DNA of 63,940 nucleotides, counting the filler, from Octopus bimaculoides (lineage: Eukaryota): NCBI RefSeq assembly GCF_001194135.2. It is 6 parts of 6 records of this genome, joined end to end, with 100 filler letters (N's around TTAATTAATTAA, not from the genome) between each part and the next. Parts side by side here need not be neighbours in the genome. Positions count along the whole stretch, not along the records: positions 1 to 16,138 come from NC_068995.1; positions 16,239 to 25,354 come from NC_068982.1; 4 more parts are not named here. One strand, 5' to 3'. Under the pieces are notes generated by a model. That model saw nothing but the letters and a program-made list of their open reading frames with translations. It was not told the DNA's origin and did not search any database. The position numbers were made by a program, and so were the translations under genes. This document shows, piece by piece, positions 13,051 through 25,137 of this stretch. The first letter of the stretch is position 1. The number at the start of each line of letters is the position of its first letter.

Positions 13051-14376
13051 CAGCCCTGGCTAAAATTATGGAACAGGTATGAAAAAATAGATAATATAAT
13101 TGAAACTCATTTACTTGATAATTGAAAACAGTATTTTAAATATTCTAGAGTCTATCCCATCAATAATTAGTATTTGATATGTCCTCCTTTTGCTTTTATA
13201 ACTGCTTTAATGTGATTTTGCATACTTAAGACTAAGTTGGTGCAAGTGGCTGGGTCAATTTTCTGCCAATCATTGTGTGACACTAACGTTTTTTGCTGCC
13301 CTTTTTTCAGTGAATATCTCATTAATAACTTATCAGTGGTTAATATTTGTTGAAAATGTCTCTGAAGAAATAGATTTCTGAAGCTGAAAGGACTCAAATC
13401 ATTGCATTATCCAGTGAAGGATTCTCACAAATTGAAATTGCAAGACAATTGAAATGCTCAAAACGTACAATGAAACCAATTCTTTCAAAAACTGTAAAGG
13501 ACAAGGTTGCAAAGGTGTTCAACCATGAGGGAAGACAGGTTGCTGAAGAGGACATCTCTGGCAGATAAGAAAATGACCTCTTCTGACATAGCTGCTGAAT
13601 TTTGGGTAGCAACAAACAAGGATGTATCAACTTGCACAATGAGAAGGAGGTTATTAGAAGCTGGGATCAAAGGATGTAAAGCTAGAAAAAAGCTGTTGCT
13701 GTGTGAGGTGAACATGAAGAAGCAATTGTTTGGGGTAAAAGAGCATGAAGATTGGACTGATGATGATTGGCGTAAAGTTGTTTGGTCTGATGAAAGTAAC
13801 TTTGATGGAGATTCTCCACATTCATTTCCACCTTTACTATGCATAATTGAAATTCTTACACTTGTACAAATTTTTTATTGGATACCAGAAATAATCAGTA
13901 AATCTTTTTCTCCTCAGATCTTTGGAACACCTGGAGATGTTTATGTTTGCCATAGAGTTGGGGATGCTTATCATCCTGGATGTGTGGTCCCAACAGTCAA
14001 ATTTGGAGGAGAAAGCATAATGGGTTGGGGCTGCATGTCATCTTCAGACCCAGGAATGTTCACATATGAGGGCAGAATGAATACCAACTTTTACACCAAC
14101 ATGTTACATCAAGTTTATCAACCTTCCTTAGTTATAATTTTCAATGATAACATCCCATTCATTTCCACCACTTTACTATGCATAATTGAAATTCTTACAC
14201 TTGTACAAATTTTATATGTTTATTATACTATCTTCAAAAAGTGAATTAGAAGCCAAAATTCATGAAAAGTGGCAAAAAATTGAATCAGTCAGTTGTGCTA
14301 ACTTAGTCTCAAGTATGCAAAAATGCATAAAAGCAGTTATAAAAGCAAAAGGAGGACACATTAAATACTAATTATT
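13051..14376 (+). mobile_element. Tc1-like (DD34E) transposon with long inverted repeats; transposase interrupted, right end lost in gap
   Basis: Starts TA|CAGCCCTGGCTAAAATTATGGAACA. Translations TMRRRLLEAG.KG.KARKK, WRKVVWSDESNF, PTVKFGG.SIMGWGCMS and AVIKAKGGHIKY*. 13160-13290 is the inverted copy of 14250-14374. Confidence 0.9.
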
Positions 14377-15477
14377 NNNNNNNNNNNNNNNNNNNNNNNN
14401 NNNNNNNNNNNNNNNNNNNNNNNNNNNNNNNNNNNCAGAGATAGCAGATAAAAAAGCTGAGACTCCAACAGATAGCATTACTTGTAACTCACAAAGGCAA
14501 CAACAAGAAGAAAAAACAATGAAAACTAACCATTTAAAGTTAATCATAGACGCGTTTCTGGATTATGAATGATAAATTTCAATTTCCGTCATCGATATGA
14601 TATTCCAGTAGTACATTCGACTATGCTAGCAAACCACGCCAGTATGAACGAGTGAACATCATGCCTCGACACAACCTGAAAGCATAACCGAACTTACCTC
14701 GGCCAGTCATTTCACTACTTCCTCCTCAAGAAATTACCATGTGCATTACAAACATTACCGCAGAAACTTTGCGTTAACTGTTAGGGAGTGAACAATTATT
14801 ACAAGTTAAAAGGGTAAATCTTTACCAAATTAATAAATTGATAAATCTTTACCCTTTTANNNNNNNNNNNNNNNNNNNNNNNNNNNNNNNNNNNNNNNNN
14901 NNNNNNNNNNNNNNNNNNNNNNNNNNNNNNNNNNNNNNNNNNNNNNNNNNNNNNNNNNNNNNNNNNNNNNNNNNNNNNNNNNNNNNNNNNNNNNNNNNNN
15001 NNNNNNNNNNNNNNNNNNNNNNNNNNNNNNNNNNNNNNNNNNNNNNNNNNNNNNNNNNNNNNNNNNNNNNNNNNNNNNNNNNNNNNNNNNNNNNNNNNNN
15101 NNNNNNNNNNNNNNNNNNNNNNNNNNNNNNNNNNNNNNNNNNNNNNNNNNNNNNNNNNNNNNNTATACATAGCAGGGTAATTCCTTTTCGCAGGAGCTAG
15201 GACAGCAATTTCTGATGAAGCAATTGCTGACGATCTGTTGCTACACAGTTCTGCCAGAATTCTATCAGATTGGGCAGTAGATGTTGATGCACCATTTTGC
15301 ATTATGTTCAAAGTAGCTTCTGGAATGTGTTGAATTGCTGCAGTCTGTTGCTGTCTTTTTAAACCGGTTGCTTTCTTTCCCCAGCAAGCTGTCTTGTTTG
15401 GAGGCATAATCTATATACATATTAAAGAGAACAACAAAAGTTATAACAGATGGCGGGATCAGTAGTTTTCACATTAT

Positions 15478-15640
15478 GGTAATTTTTCAGATTAACACCC
15501 GCACGATTACGTAACCCTAAAACCCTAACCCTGACCCTAAAACCGTAACACTAACCCTCACCCTAACCCTAACCCTGATCCAAAACCATAGCCCTAACAC
15601 CCTAGTGAAAATCGTGCAGGTGTTAATCTGAAAAATTACC
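15478..15640. mobile_element. 163-bp MITE-like element: 31-bp TIRs enclosing degenerate telomere-like (CCCTAA)n repeats
   Basis: ggtaatttttcagattaacacccgcacgatt (15478-15508) versus aatcgtgcaggtgttaatctgaaaaattacc (15610-15640) is 30/31 complementary. Flanks are cacattat and cacatttat. Confidence 0.8.
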
Positions 15641-16238
15641 CACATTTATAATGAAGTTCACTGATTTCCAATGTGTTGTCCATAAGCTCCATAGTTTGTA
15701 TACTTGCAAAACATTGACAAACATGAGTTATCTTGTAGTGAATGCTTGTGTATACGTGCGTGTGTATGCGTTTGAGAGAGCGAGAGAGAAGAGGGAGAGA
15801 GGAAAAGAGAGAGAGGGGAGAAGGGAATAGAGAACGGGAGCAATGAAGAAAGAGAAAGAGAGGAAGAGAGAACGGAAGACAGTTATAAAATAGCAATGCA
15901 TGCACATGTCTATATAAAAAAAAATGACAGGTATTTGTATGTATGTGTGTATTGATGTGCATTCTGTGTGTATATATATATATGGTAGTAAGTAAATGCG
16001 TTTTAAGAAAGATATAAAAAAAATTCAGTTTGTAAGGAATAAATGTTTGACTGTCGATCGTATTTGGAAGAGACTGACGGGTATCTGTATGTATGTGTGT
16101 ATTTGTACATATGTATGTATGAGTGTGTATTAAAAAACNNNNNNNNNNNNNNNNNNNNNNNNNNNNNNNNNNNNNNNNNNNNTTAATTAATTAANNNNNN
16201 NNNNNNNNNNNNNNNNNNNNNNNNNNNNNNNNNNNNNN

Positions 16239-16445
16239 TGGTTGCGCTGCCAGTTGTAAGTGCCTCTTCTAGTTTCTTAACTAAGTCTCCCTCTACTCTA
16301 TTTCGATCTATCGCTAGTTCTTTACTAAACCTAATAGGTTCCGATTTGATTGCCATTTTCAGGGCAAACCACCAGCGGTTGTTAACGATGGCTCCTGTTA
16401 ACGCCCTCTTAATTAATTCGCTAATCCGGTTCCTGTAAACCTGCC
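16239..16445 (-). mobile_element. L1/Tx1-like LINE ORF2 linker fragment
   Basis: RNRISELIKRALTGAIVNNRWWFALKMAIKSEPIRFSKEL resembles the W..LK..IK......S region between APE and RT. Confidence 0.55.
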
Positions 16446-16449
16446 GCGC

Positions 16450-16451
<2 letters not shown>

Positions 16452-16502
<51 letters not shown>
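16452..16502. repeat. (GATA)n microsatellite
   Basis: Direct reading. Confidence 0.9.
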
Positions 16503-16503
<1 letters not shown>

Positions 16504-16992
16504 CACATACACGCGAACACACATATTTATATAATGTGTGTGTGTGTATGTGTGTGCGTGTGCTTATACACGTATGTGAATGTATGTATATACGCATGTT
16601 TTTCTGATCATATGTTTTTAATTTTTCACCAGCAGAGTCGGTTTCTAGCCTAAAAAAGACTCGAATTTAGACATTGTTATGCATGTGTACATGAATACAA
16701 AAACTGTGTGCTCACAAATATGCATGTACATATATTCATATGCGTATTTATATGCATGTTTATATGCACATTTAGCACATGTTAATGGTGTAATTAACAT
16801 TGTATATACGGATATCATTATGTGCTAAACTTTATAAATATTTTTAATATTTTGGTAATACCTTTGAGAACTTGTAGCGGTAGTTTTCTGATTGGGTATG
16901 ATTTTGTTAATTCTAGTTTCTCAAGATTGGTATTGAGGCAGTTTGTTATGCAGCCAAATGCTCCAATATTTATAAGTAAAAATCTAAAATTA

Positions 16993-17436
16993 TATTATTT
17001 AGGTTATTTCTACAGATGTTCTATAGAAATTATAGCCAACACTCATTTTTGCTACAGCGTTTCGTATACGAGATGTCAGACGTAAGCAAACAATGATATC
17101 GAAGATGAAAATGGGTAATGGACGTACATGCTATATTTCGGGGCTCTTCTTTCCCCTTCATCAGCACCCATCTAACCTATCAATCATCCTCAAACCCATT
17201 GCTTAAATAACCATCTTACATAGCGGTGCAAAGTTATTGGATATACCAATTTACATATTAAACGCATTCCTAGAATCTGGTATGTAAACACTAATGATTT
17301 GTAGGTACGTGGTATTTCCTTATGCAACCATAATATACTATAAAGTATATTAAATGTTTTTATAAGTAAATACCACGTTCTACTGCGTTACCAGTGCGCT
17401 TTACATTATTTTGTTAAGGTTATTTCTGCAGATATT
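16993..17436 (-). mobile_element. Terminally redundant ~416-nt unit with hammerhead core (Penelope pLTR- or retrozyme-like)
   Basis: aggttatttct(a/g)cagat is directly repeated at 17001-17017 and 17417-17433. The minus strand reads CTGATGA-A-GGGG-9nt-CCCC-GAAA-TATA at 17164-17132. Confidence 0.6.
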
Positions 17437-17440
17437 CGTA

Positions 17441-17833
17441 TCAGCTCCAGGAATTCGTTTAATATGTAAATTGGCATATCCCATAGCTTTATAGCGCTAC
17501 GTGTGGCTGCTGTTTAAGCAATGTATTCAAAGATGATTAATGGGTTAAGTCGGTGCTGATGAAGGTGCTAAATCCCCGAAATATGGTATATACGCATATT
17601 ACCCATTTTTCATCCTCGATATCATCCTTTGTTTACACCTGACGTCTCGTATACGAAATGTTGTAGCAAAAATCAATAGAATATCTGTAGAAATAACCTT
17701 AACAGAATAATATATAGTGCACTGCTAACGCAGTAGAACATGGTATTTACTTATAAACGCATTTAATATACTTTATATGTTATGGATGCATAACAAAATA
17801 CCACGCATCTATAAATCATTAGTTTCTAAAACC
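17441..17833 (+). mobile_element. Inverted, differently permuted copy of the same hammerhead-bearing unit
   Basis: Reverse-complement similarity to 17000-17280 and 17288-17436. CTGATGA-A-GGTG..CCCC-GAAA-TAT at 17556-17584. Confidence 0.6.
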
Positions 17834-19339
17834 ATAGTTCAAATTAAGTAATAGTAAATTTCTCATTATTTCGATGTATGTATGTATATATGTATGTCAG
17901 GTTATCTTTAGTGCTGCTGATAACATGCAACCCAGTACAAGCTATTCCTGGTCAGCCCGTTGGCGACTAAACAAGCAACCCATCCAAGCTTGCTTGTTAA
18001 GGAGAGTGGTTTTCGTTGGACACCCAGTAGGATGAAAATCAAAATCTGTCAGGACAGACAACTCAGCAGAGGCAATGACCATTCAACAGCTGGGTGTAGA
18101 AGACCACTTGTCTTTGTTTAGCAGATTTGTTTAGGAGCGATAAATTCTGAAGTAGCATTCACCTCATTGCTTAGCCAGAGATCTTGCTCTTGCTTGTTTT
18201 TGCTTAGTTTTGTAGGTTAGAATCTTAACAGTGTTGTGCAAGTTGTTATTGACTTTAAATTTCTGCACGCATATTACTGACAGCCATTGTCTTGAACATC
18301 TACGATAAGATAAATTTCAGTGATGATCATACTCATCTACGACTTAACAGCCTCCATGTATGCATGTATGTATGCATGTATGCATGCATGTATGTATGTA
18401 TGTATGTATGTATGTATGTTTGAATGTTTGAATGTAGCCTTTTCTTTTTTCAATTTTTTTGCGTTCTTCTAATAAAAAGAAGTTGGTTTCTATCAGAGAA
18501 TCAAGGTTCTTCATCAGAATTTTAGAAAGCCACTGTAAATAATTCTCCGTTAGATTTTAGAAAGTCTCTTGTATTTTCTCTGTTCCGCTGAAAAAATGAA
18601 TTTATGAAGTCCTGTTTAGCTGGTCGCTTTCTTTACCGGAAAACCCCCAGTTAGTAACTGAAGCAAGTATACTTATGATTATAGCTACAAATGTAAATTT
18701 ATATTGAGAAGAGAAGTAGGTTTCAAAACCATTATTCATAAATAAATTCTTCCACACTGAGTTTGAACTAAATGCTACATACTCACAAGGTAACTGATCT
18801 CTGCGGCAATAGATATATTTTCTTTTGTGTTGCAAACAACTGAATCAAACCTGTGATGCTTGCATTTGATGGAGATCTTGCTAGAATCGTCAACCAATGT
18901 TATTTTTTATGATGATTCCCATGAATGCATTCACCATCACAAATACTGTCAATAGTTTTCCTGTGAAAATCTTTCCTACAGATGGCGTTGCATATAGCTT
19001 TATCAGTAACTTCACACCATACCGGAAGGTGTGAAATTAATGATGTTTTGAGGCAGCGGCAGAACACGTATATTAATGTAGCTTCTGAACACGTGTGTCA
19101 TAACGTTCATGAATATATTATTGATATTTTTTATGCATTTTGAATGTTTAAGCAATTCTTTGTCTCTTTTGTTCAACCGTATTTTGTAGCTATCTTCCTT
19201 TTGATTACAAAAGCATAACCTTCAAAATATGTTGTAATGTAATGATAACGAGGCCAAAAAGGTTACACTTCTTGTCATTATTAGCACAGACTTCAAGTAT
19301 ACTAAAAACATATTTATGCATTACTTTTTGTTAAAAAGC

Positions 19340-19740
19340 AGAATGTTTTTGACTAGGTCTTCGTTGAAGTAAGATGGTCCAGCATTTTTGGGGTCACCTA
19401 TAACCTCCGTCCATTATTCCAGGGGGTCATTGGAGTAGAGTTCTCAGGCACCTCCTCCATAATGTTCTGTCAGAAGCAGACATTATTACTACACTTTCTA
19501 GCTGGATTCCCAAGCATGACCAAGTGAGACTACGGAAAATATCCAACCATATCGTTCTTGGTCCACTTACAGATCTCAGTTGGTGAGCTCTGCTTGAAGA
19601 ATCCATTTTGCAATTCTTTCCAGCAACCTTATTATATGTCCATAGTACTGAAGTTGTAACTTCTTCAGGTGGAAAAGTAGCAGCTCGATCTGGAGAGATT
19701 CCCCTGACCTTCGAGCTACGCACCCTCTCAAGTAACATAA
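19340..19740 (-). mobile_element. RTE LINE C-terminal fragment
   Basis: GPRTIWLDIFRSLTWSCLGI...ASDRTLWRRC, resembling the RTE GRPR..W.D terminal region. Confidence 0.6.
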
Positions 19741-19870
19741 CTTCGGAGATCAAGGACGCTAAAATAAGAGTAATAATAAATCTGAAGTGAAGCCGAAGAA
19801 TATAGTGCGAGTAGTTAATTGGCAAAAATATGACCATCCACAAATATAACAACATATATATATATTATAT

Positions 19871-20200
19871 AGCTGTGTGGTAAGAAACTTGCTTCCCAAC
19901 CACATGGTTCCGGATTCAGTTCCACTGCGTAGCAAGTGTCTTCTACTATAGCCTCGGGCCGACCAAAGCCTTGTGAGTGGATTTGGTAGATGGAAATTGA
20001 AAGAAGCTCGTCGTATATTTATATATATGTATGTATTTGTGTGTCTGTGTTTATCCCCCACTCACCATCGCTTGACAACAGATGTTGGTATTTACGTCCC
20101 TGTAACTTAGCGGTTCGGCAAAGGAGACCGATAGAATAAGTTCTAAGCTTACAAAGGATAAATAATGGAGTCGATTTGGTCAAATGACTGAAACAAGTAA
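19871..20200 (+). mobile_element. SINE family A copy
   Basis: gctgtgtggtaagaaacttgcttcccaaccacatggttccgg...ccgaccaaagccttgtgagtggatttggtaga...gactgaaacaagtaa. Confidence 0.85.
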
Positions 20201-20258
20201 AAAAAAACGAAAACTGAATATACATCCACGCACACACATATATACATACCACATATAT

Positions 20259-20293
<35 letters not shown>

Positions 20294-20294
20294 G

Positions 20295-20379
<85 letters not shown>

Positions 20380-21214
20380 CGTATATATATGTAATTATAA
20401 TTTAGAACCAACAGTAAAAGGTTGTTATTATAGAACTTGGAGTTTCAAATGTCGGAGCGAAGAGATACAGTACATTCTCATCCTCTAATATCGAGGTCTC
20501 ACTCTTTTGTTGTTACTTTTTATTATATATATATATATATATATATATAAATATATATTTACCTGTTTGTAGAATATTCTTGTAATATTTTCTGCGACGT
20601 CTATTTCTGTCTCTTTCTCTTTCTTAACCTCTCTTTTATCTTCCTCTCTCTCTCTTTCTTTTTTCCCTCCCTAATGCTCTTCTCTGTTGCTTTCGTTCCT
20701 CTGCCCTCAACGACTCTTTCTCTCTCCTCTCACTAACTCATGACCCGTGACCATCTAAACCTCTCTCATCCCTTTTTCGCTTTCCGTTGACCAGGTCGGT
20801 CACGTTTCTTTGCGTTCCTACACCTTTTTCCTACACAGTTCGTTTACTTTTTCCTTCGTTCTGACTTTCTATCTGCCCTTCTCTTGTCTCTAGTCCTATA
20901 GGACATTTTCATTTTCCTTTGCATTACCCATATCCGTTTGCCTAGCAGTTGCACGCCTGTTTTTTTGTTTTATATATATAACCATTATGATTATTTTATT
21001 TTGTCATGTTTGTTTTCATTGTACGATCATTTGCTATTTCCAGTGGCTTTTTGCTACTGCCGCCACCAAAAGTAAGCAATCTCAACGATAAAGGGCGCGA
21101 AATTGTAAGGATCTTTTGGATATTGATTGATGAGGAATTAACTATGAATTTTCCGTTTGTTATGTTTTTATTAAATTTCCCATTTGCTGTGTTTTTGTTA
21201 AAATCTTTGAAACA

Positions 21215-21327
<113 letters not shown>

Positions 21328-21369
21328 CATTATCCTTAAATAAAGATGTATAACATAATAGATATTACA

Positions 21370-22200
21370 GTGGTGGTCTTATAACATAAAAAATCCATTT
21401 TGCGATTCTTTCCTACGACATTCTCATCACATTTGCATAGTACTGGAGCTGTGGCTTCTCAATGTGGAAAAGTAGCGTCTCCACCTGAGGAGACTGTCAA
21501 GTAACATTACTCCAGAGATCTTTCGGAGGAATGTCAGGATCTTTCGGGTTTTAATACCAATTATACAGGTTTCCTCTACAAACCAATCAACTATTCCAAA
21601 TGATGGTACCACTGTCGATACTACAAATGTATTGTGGGTTATTGTCTGGCAATAAAAGGAAAGCTCCAACTACCATATGCTTGTAAGCTTCTTCAACAGT
21701 ATTTGATCTCCCTAGCTTTATCCTCACGACTTACACACAAATACATTTTATTTATAACTCCTCATTATGTGGAATAGATAAGATAGAGACTCTTGACGTG
21801 AAGGCTTGGGGTCTGTGGTTCAGTTTTCCTGCTTTGAACAACCATGTATGTATGAACATTTCATTTGACTAGATTCTATCTCTGAAAATATTAAATCCAG
21901 CTACTTCTCGGGAACATAAATAATTCTAGTGCAGAAGTTCGGAATTTCAACTAAGAAACTATGGATTACATTAATGTCTCTTGCTCTTTCATATAAACAC
22001 ATTGTTTGCAAAGCAACTGACAATGGATTTTAACGCCCTAATAAACAGAAGCACAGACAGATTGTCTCCTTGGAAGATTCTTTTTCAGAGATTTATACCA
22101 TAGCAGACAATCGTGTTTTCAGTTACATGAGTAAGAATTATCGACCAGATTTTTTTTTAGCCTTTCTACTGCAGCAACTAAAGCAGCAGATGCTTTTACT
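21370..22200 (-). mobile_element. RLE-type (R4/Dong-like) retrotransposon RT fragment
   Basis: A GIFQGDNLSVLLF.RALNPLSF-like RT motif near 22010-22085, and STVVPSFGIVDW..E...I.IKTRKILT at 21427-21669. Confidence 0.65.
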
Positions 22201-22539
22201 AAATGCAGGAATTCCAACAACCATGAGTGGGGAATAGAGTTATACGCCTTTTAGTAATCAAGTCACGCTGTCGTAAATTTTATGTGTTGGTTTTCGTTTC
22301 TTCTTTCGCACAAATAGCCCAGCTTTATAAATTCAGAGAGTGGAGAGTTACCGGAATCATTAGAGTGTCAGGGAAAATGCCTTGCTTTCTATTTTTGTTT
22401 CAAACACTCCGAGGTCAGCTTTGCAATTCATGTTTCATGTACTATAACTGATGTAATCGAATAACCTTTTGCCACAAATTTCAGGCCTTTTGCCACAAAT
22501 TTCAGGCCTTTTGCCTATAGTAGAAATAATTTTTTATTT

Positions 22540-23490
22540 AACAGTCGCTCCGACCATTCCAAAGCTTTTATTCTTTCCATTTACGATTCCTCAGTCTTCT
22601 TCACTGGTCTTTCAGAAATTGATTCCGCCAACACGTGCAAAGATTTCTGTACTAAACTTATCAAATCAATGTGGCACACCAATGTGGCCTTCCATAATTC
22701 TTCCTAAGATGCGCATCAGTGGTCTTCTGTAGAATCTCAACATCATGTATCAGTGCCCAAACTATTAACTCTCTTATTGGTGCCTTCCCACAATGCATTT
22801 CCCCATAATTTTCAGAGTTTATACAGTAAATATTCATTACTGGCTGTATCCTGCAATGGTATATTGTAGCTAAAATCCCTTTTGTAATTCCTTATCTTAG
22901 ACAAAAGCCAATGTAGGTAACTTGTATGAAGGGATGGATGGATGGATGGATGGATGGATGGATGGATGTCATCCATAAAAGATCTCATAATCGGGAGACT
23001 GATACAGGATACTTATATACATAGAGCACCAACATCCCCACTGGAGCAGCACTGTTATCTTTTATGCCCAAGGGTGTATTCATCCACTCTTCTAAACTGA
23101 AAATATATTTTGGACGAATAAACAAGGGTATAACTGTTGTTTCCTCCTCACCATGAATCCCAGTGTTTATATTCATGTTAGGAACTTTATACACATCTAC
23201 GTGATTTGGAATTGATTGTCTTCGAGATGCAATTAAATTTAGCCTCGTAGAAGACAATATAACCTCAGCCTTCCTTCTCACATCTACCAACCTTTTAGTA
23301 CCATCCTACACATATCTTCCTTGCGATAGAATTATCTGCTACGTTTATAACAAAAAGTTTATAATCAAATCAGGGCCTGGTAGGCATCTGAGAGCACTTA
23401 GTACAAAATCTATCGAACTTGTTACAGATTTGTTAGCAATGAGAAAGTGACTATGCTTGAAACTGGGTTGAGGATTACCATGTATGAATA
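22540..23490 (-). mobile_element. Highly decayed non-LTR retrotransposon fragment; a second partial copy lies inverted at 25145-25280
   Basis: 23160-23280 (minus, EVILSSTRLNLIASRRQSIPNHVDVYKVPN) is homologous to 25150-25275 (plus, EAILSSTWLNLITSRRHSMPNHVDVYTIPN). LINE identity is inferred from weak similarity. Confidence 0.45.
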
Positions 23491-23819
23491 TGGATGAATT
23501 TATGTATGTATGTATGTATGTATGTATGTATAATAGAAACATGCAAAACTAACTCCAAAGGCAGCATAGGGTGCAGGTTGTGTCGAGTGGAGTATTGTAT
23601 AAATATTAATATATTCACTCTATTGATAAATGCCTGTTTTTTTCAAACTTATGGATTCTTAGACAAATATATATATGGAGAAGGTATGGTATTACAGGTC
23701 CAACAGACGTTTCTGGGGGCTTGGGATTACGTAATAATGTTAGCTGGTGGAGTTCGCAAAAAGTCAAGAATATGCAACGAGTAGTGGATGTATATAAACA
23801 ATACGATAAATCCGGCCTC

Positions 23820-24240
23820 CTCTCTGCAACAGGATATGAGGTCTAGCGTTGTCCTGAAGGAAGACGGCACCCTTCTGATTGGCCAATTCAGGAGGTTTTC
23901 CATTGATTGAATCCTTTAATCGGTCTAAATAATGGCAATTTTTGTCTGAATTCACAATTTAATTTTACTGCTGGAGCTCGTAATATATAATGCTCTTCCA
24001 CTCCCATCAGATACAGAGCATCACCTTCAGATACTGGCTTATCTTTGGAGTGATTTAAAGGTGGTTCATTTCGTTTTATCCATGGCTTTTTTCACTTCAC
24101 ATTGTTGTAAACAATCCATTTTTTATCACCTGAAGTCGTTGTTTTGAAAATGGGTCGCTTTTGTTGCGTTTGAGCAGAGAATCGCAGATGCAAGTGTGTT
24201 CAATTAAATCTCCCTTCATTAAATTATGAGGCATTTAAAC
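23820..24240 (-). mobile_element. mariner transposase fragment
   Basis: W.PH-like start, VMLCI.W.WKSIIYYEL, and LDRLKDSI..K.PELAN.KG.VFLQDNARPH. Confidence 0.8.
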
Positions 24241-24841
24241 CTCTTAGTGATTCATGAATCCAAGTGTTTTTAAATGCCTTATAATACTAATATGAAATAT
24301 GTGGAGTATCTCTGCGATGTCTTGTATCGTGTGACCTAGATTATTTTGGGTTAGAATTTCAATTTGGTTATCATCAGCGACTATAAACTTCCGGATTGTT
24401 CATGGTCTTCTAGATCAAAATTTTCACTCTTAAACCTAATGACTCGCTTACAAACAGTCCTCCCAGCTATAATACCAGCTTTATAAAATGTACATATCGT
24501 GTTAGCTGCTGGTACGACGATTTTTTTTTCTTACCAGAAAAAAAGGACATCAACGAAAATGTATCTTGTTTTCCTCCATTTTCACTTTTATCTTAAACAC
24601 AGTAGAAATAAACTATCCACACAGTAATCATGTAGAACAGTGATTATCAACCTTTTCCCGGCTATTTTGACATAAGCAAAAAATTATATAATTATTACTA
24701 TTTTTTTATTATTGTTCATTTTATCTGTTTCTTGAATAATGATTTAACGGTACTCCGATTTTCAAAATCAGTTTTCAATCCATCAAAATATTTGCTAGGC
24801 TTACCGATGCACTGGGTGTGTGATTGCATGTTGTGAGTACA

Positions 24842-25137
24842 GTCACCGATCGAAGACTGAATTCATCGCCACCCAAAATTTGATTTTCGCCCCCGATTGA
24901 AAACTTTTGATGTAGATACACATGTTGAAATGTCACATTTCAGAAAATATATGCCATATGTTTCTATCATCGCGAGAAACGAAATGGTACAAACTTTTGT
25001 TCCAACCCAACATTTCTTGTTTACATTAGGGATTCTGCTAAAACATACTTGAAAGCATCTATTCAAAGTTTCTTTCATATTACATCAAAGGTCAGGAGTT
25101 GAGTGGAGTTCATGTGATGCAGTTGGCGATCGGTGAC
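24842..25137. mobile_element. Possible MITE with imperfect TIRs
   Basis: gtcaccgatcg (24842-24852) and cgatcggtgac (25127-25137) form a perfect 11-bp inverted pair with partial extension. Confidence 0.35.

Noticed and set aside
14807-14859. 12-bp inverted repeat taaaagggtaaa / tttaccctttta
   Set aside because: Low complexity and lies directly at a contig edge, so it cannot be interpreted.
16183-16194. TTAATTAATTAA inside N runs (also 25399, 45918, 58454, 62783)
   Set aside because: An identical 12-mer embedded in gaps, with stops in all frames. This is a scaffolding linker, not biology.
22466-22515. Tandem 21-nt repeat gccttttgccacaaatttcag
   Set aside because: Slippage duplication in a SINE-like tail; no spacers, so not CRISPR-like.
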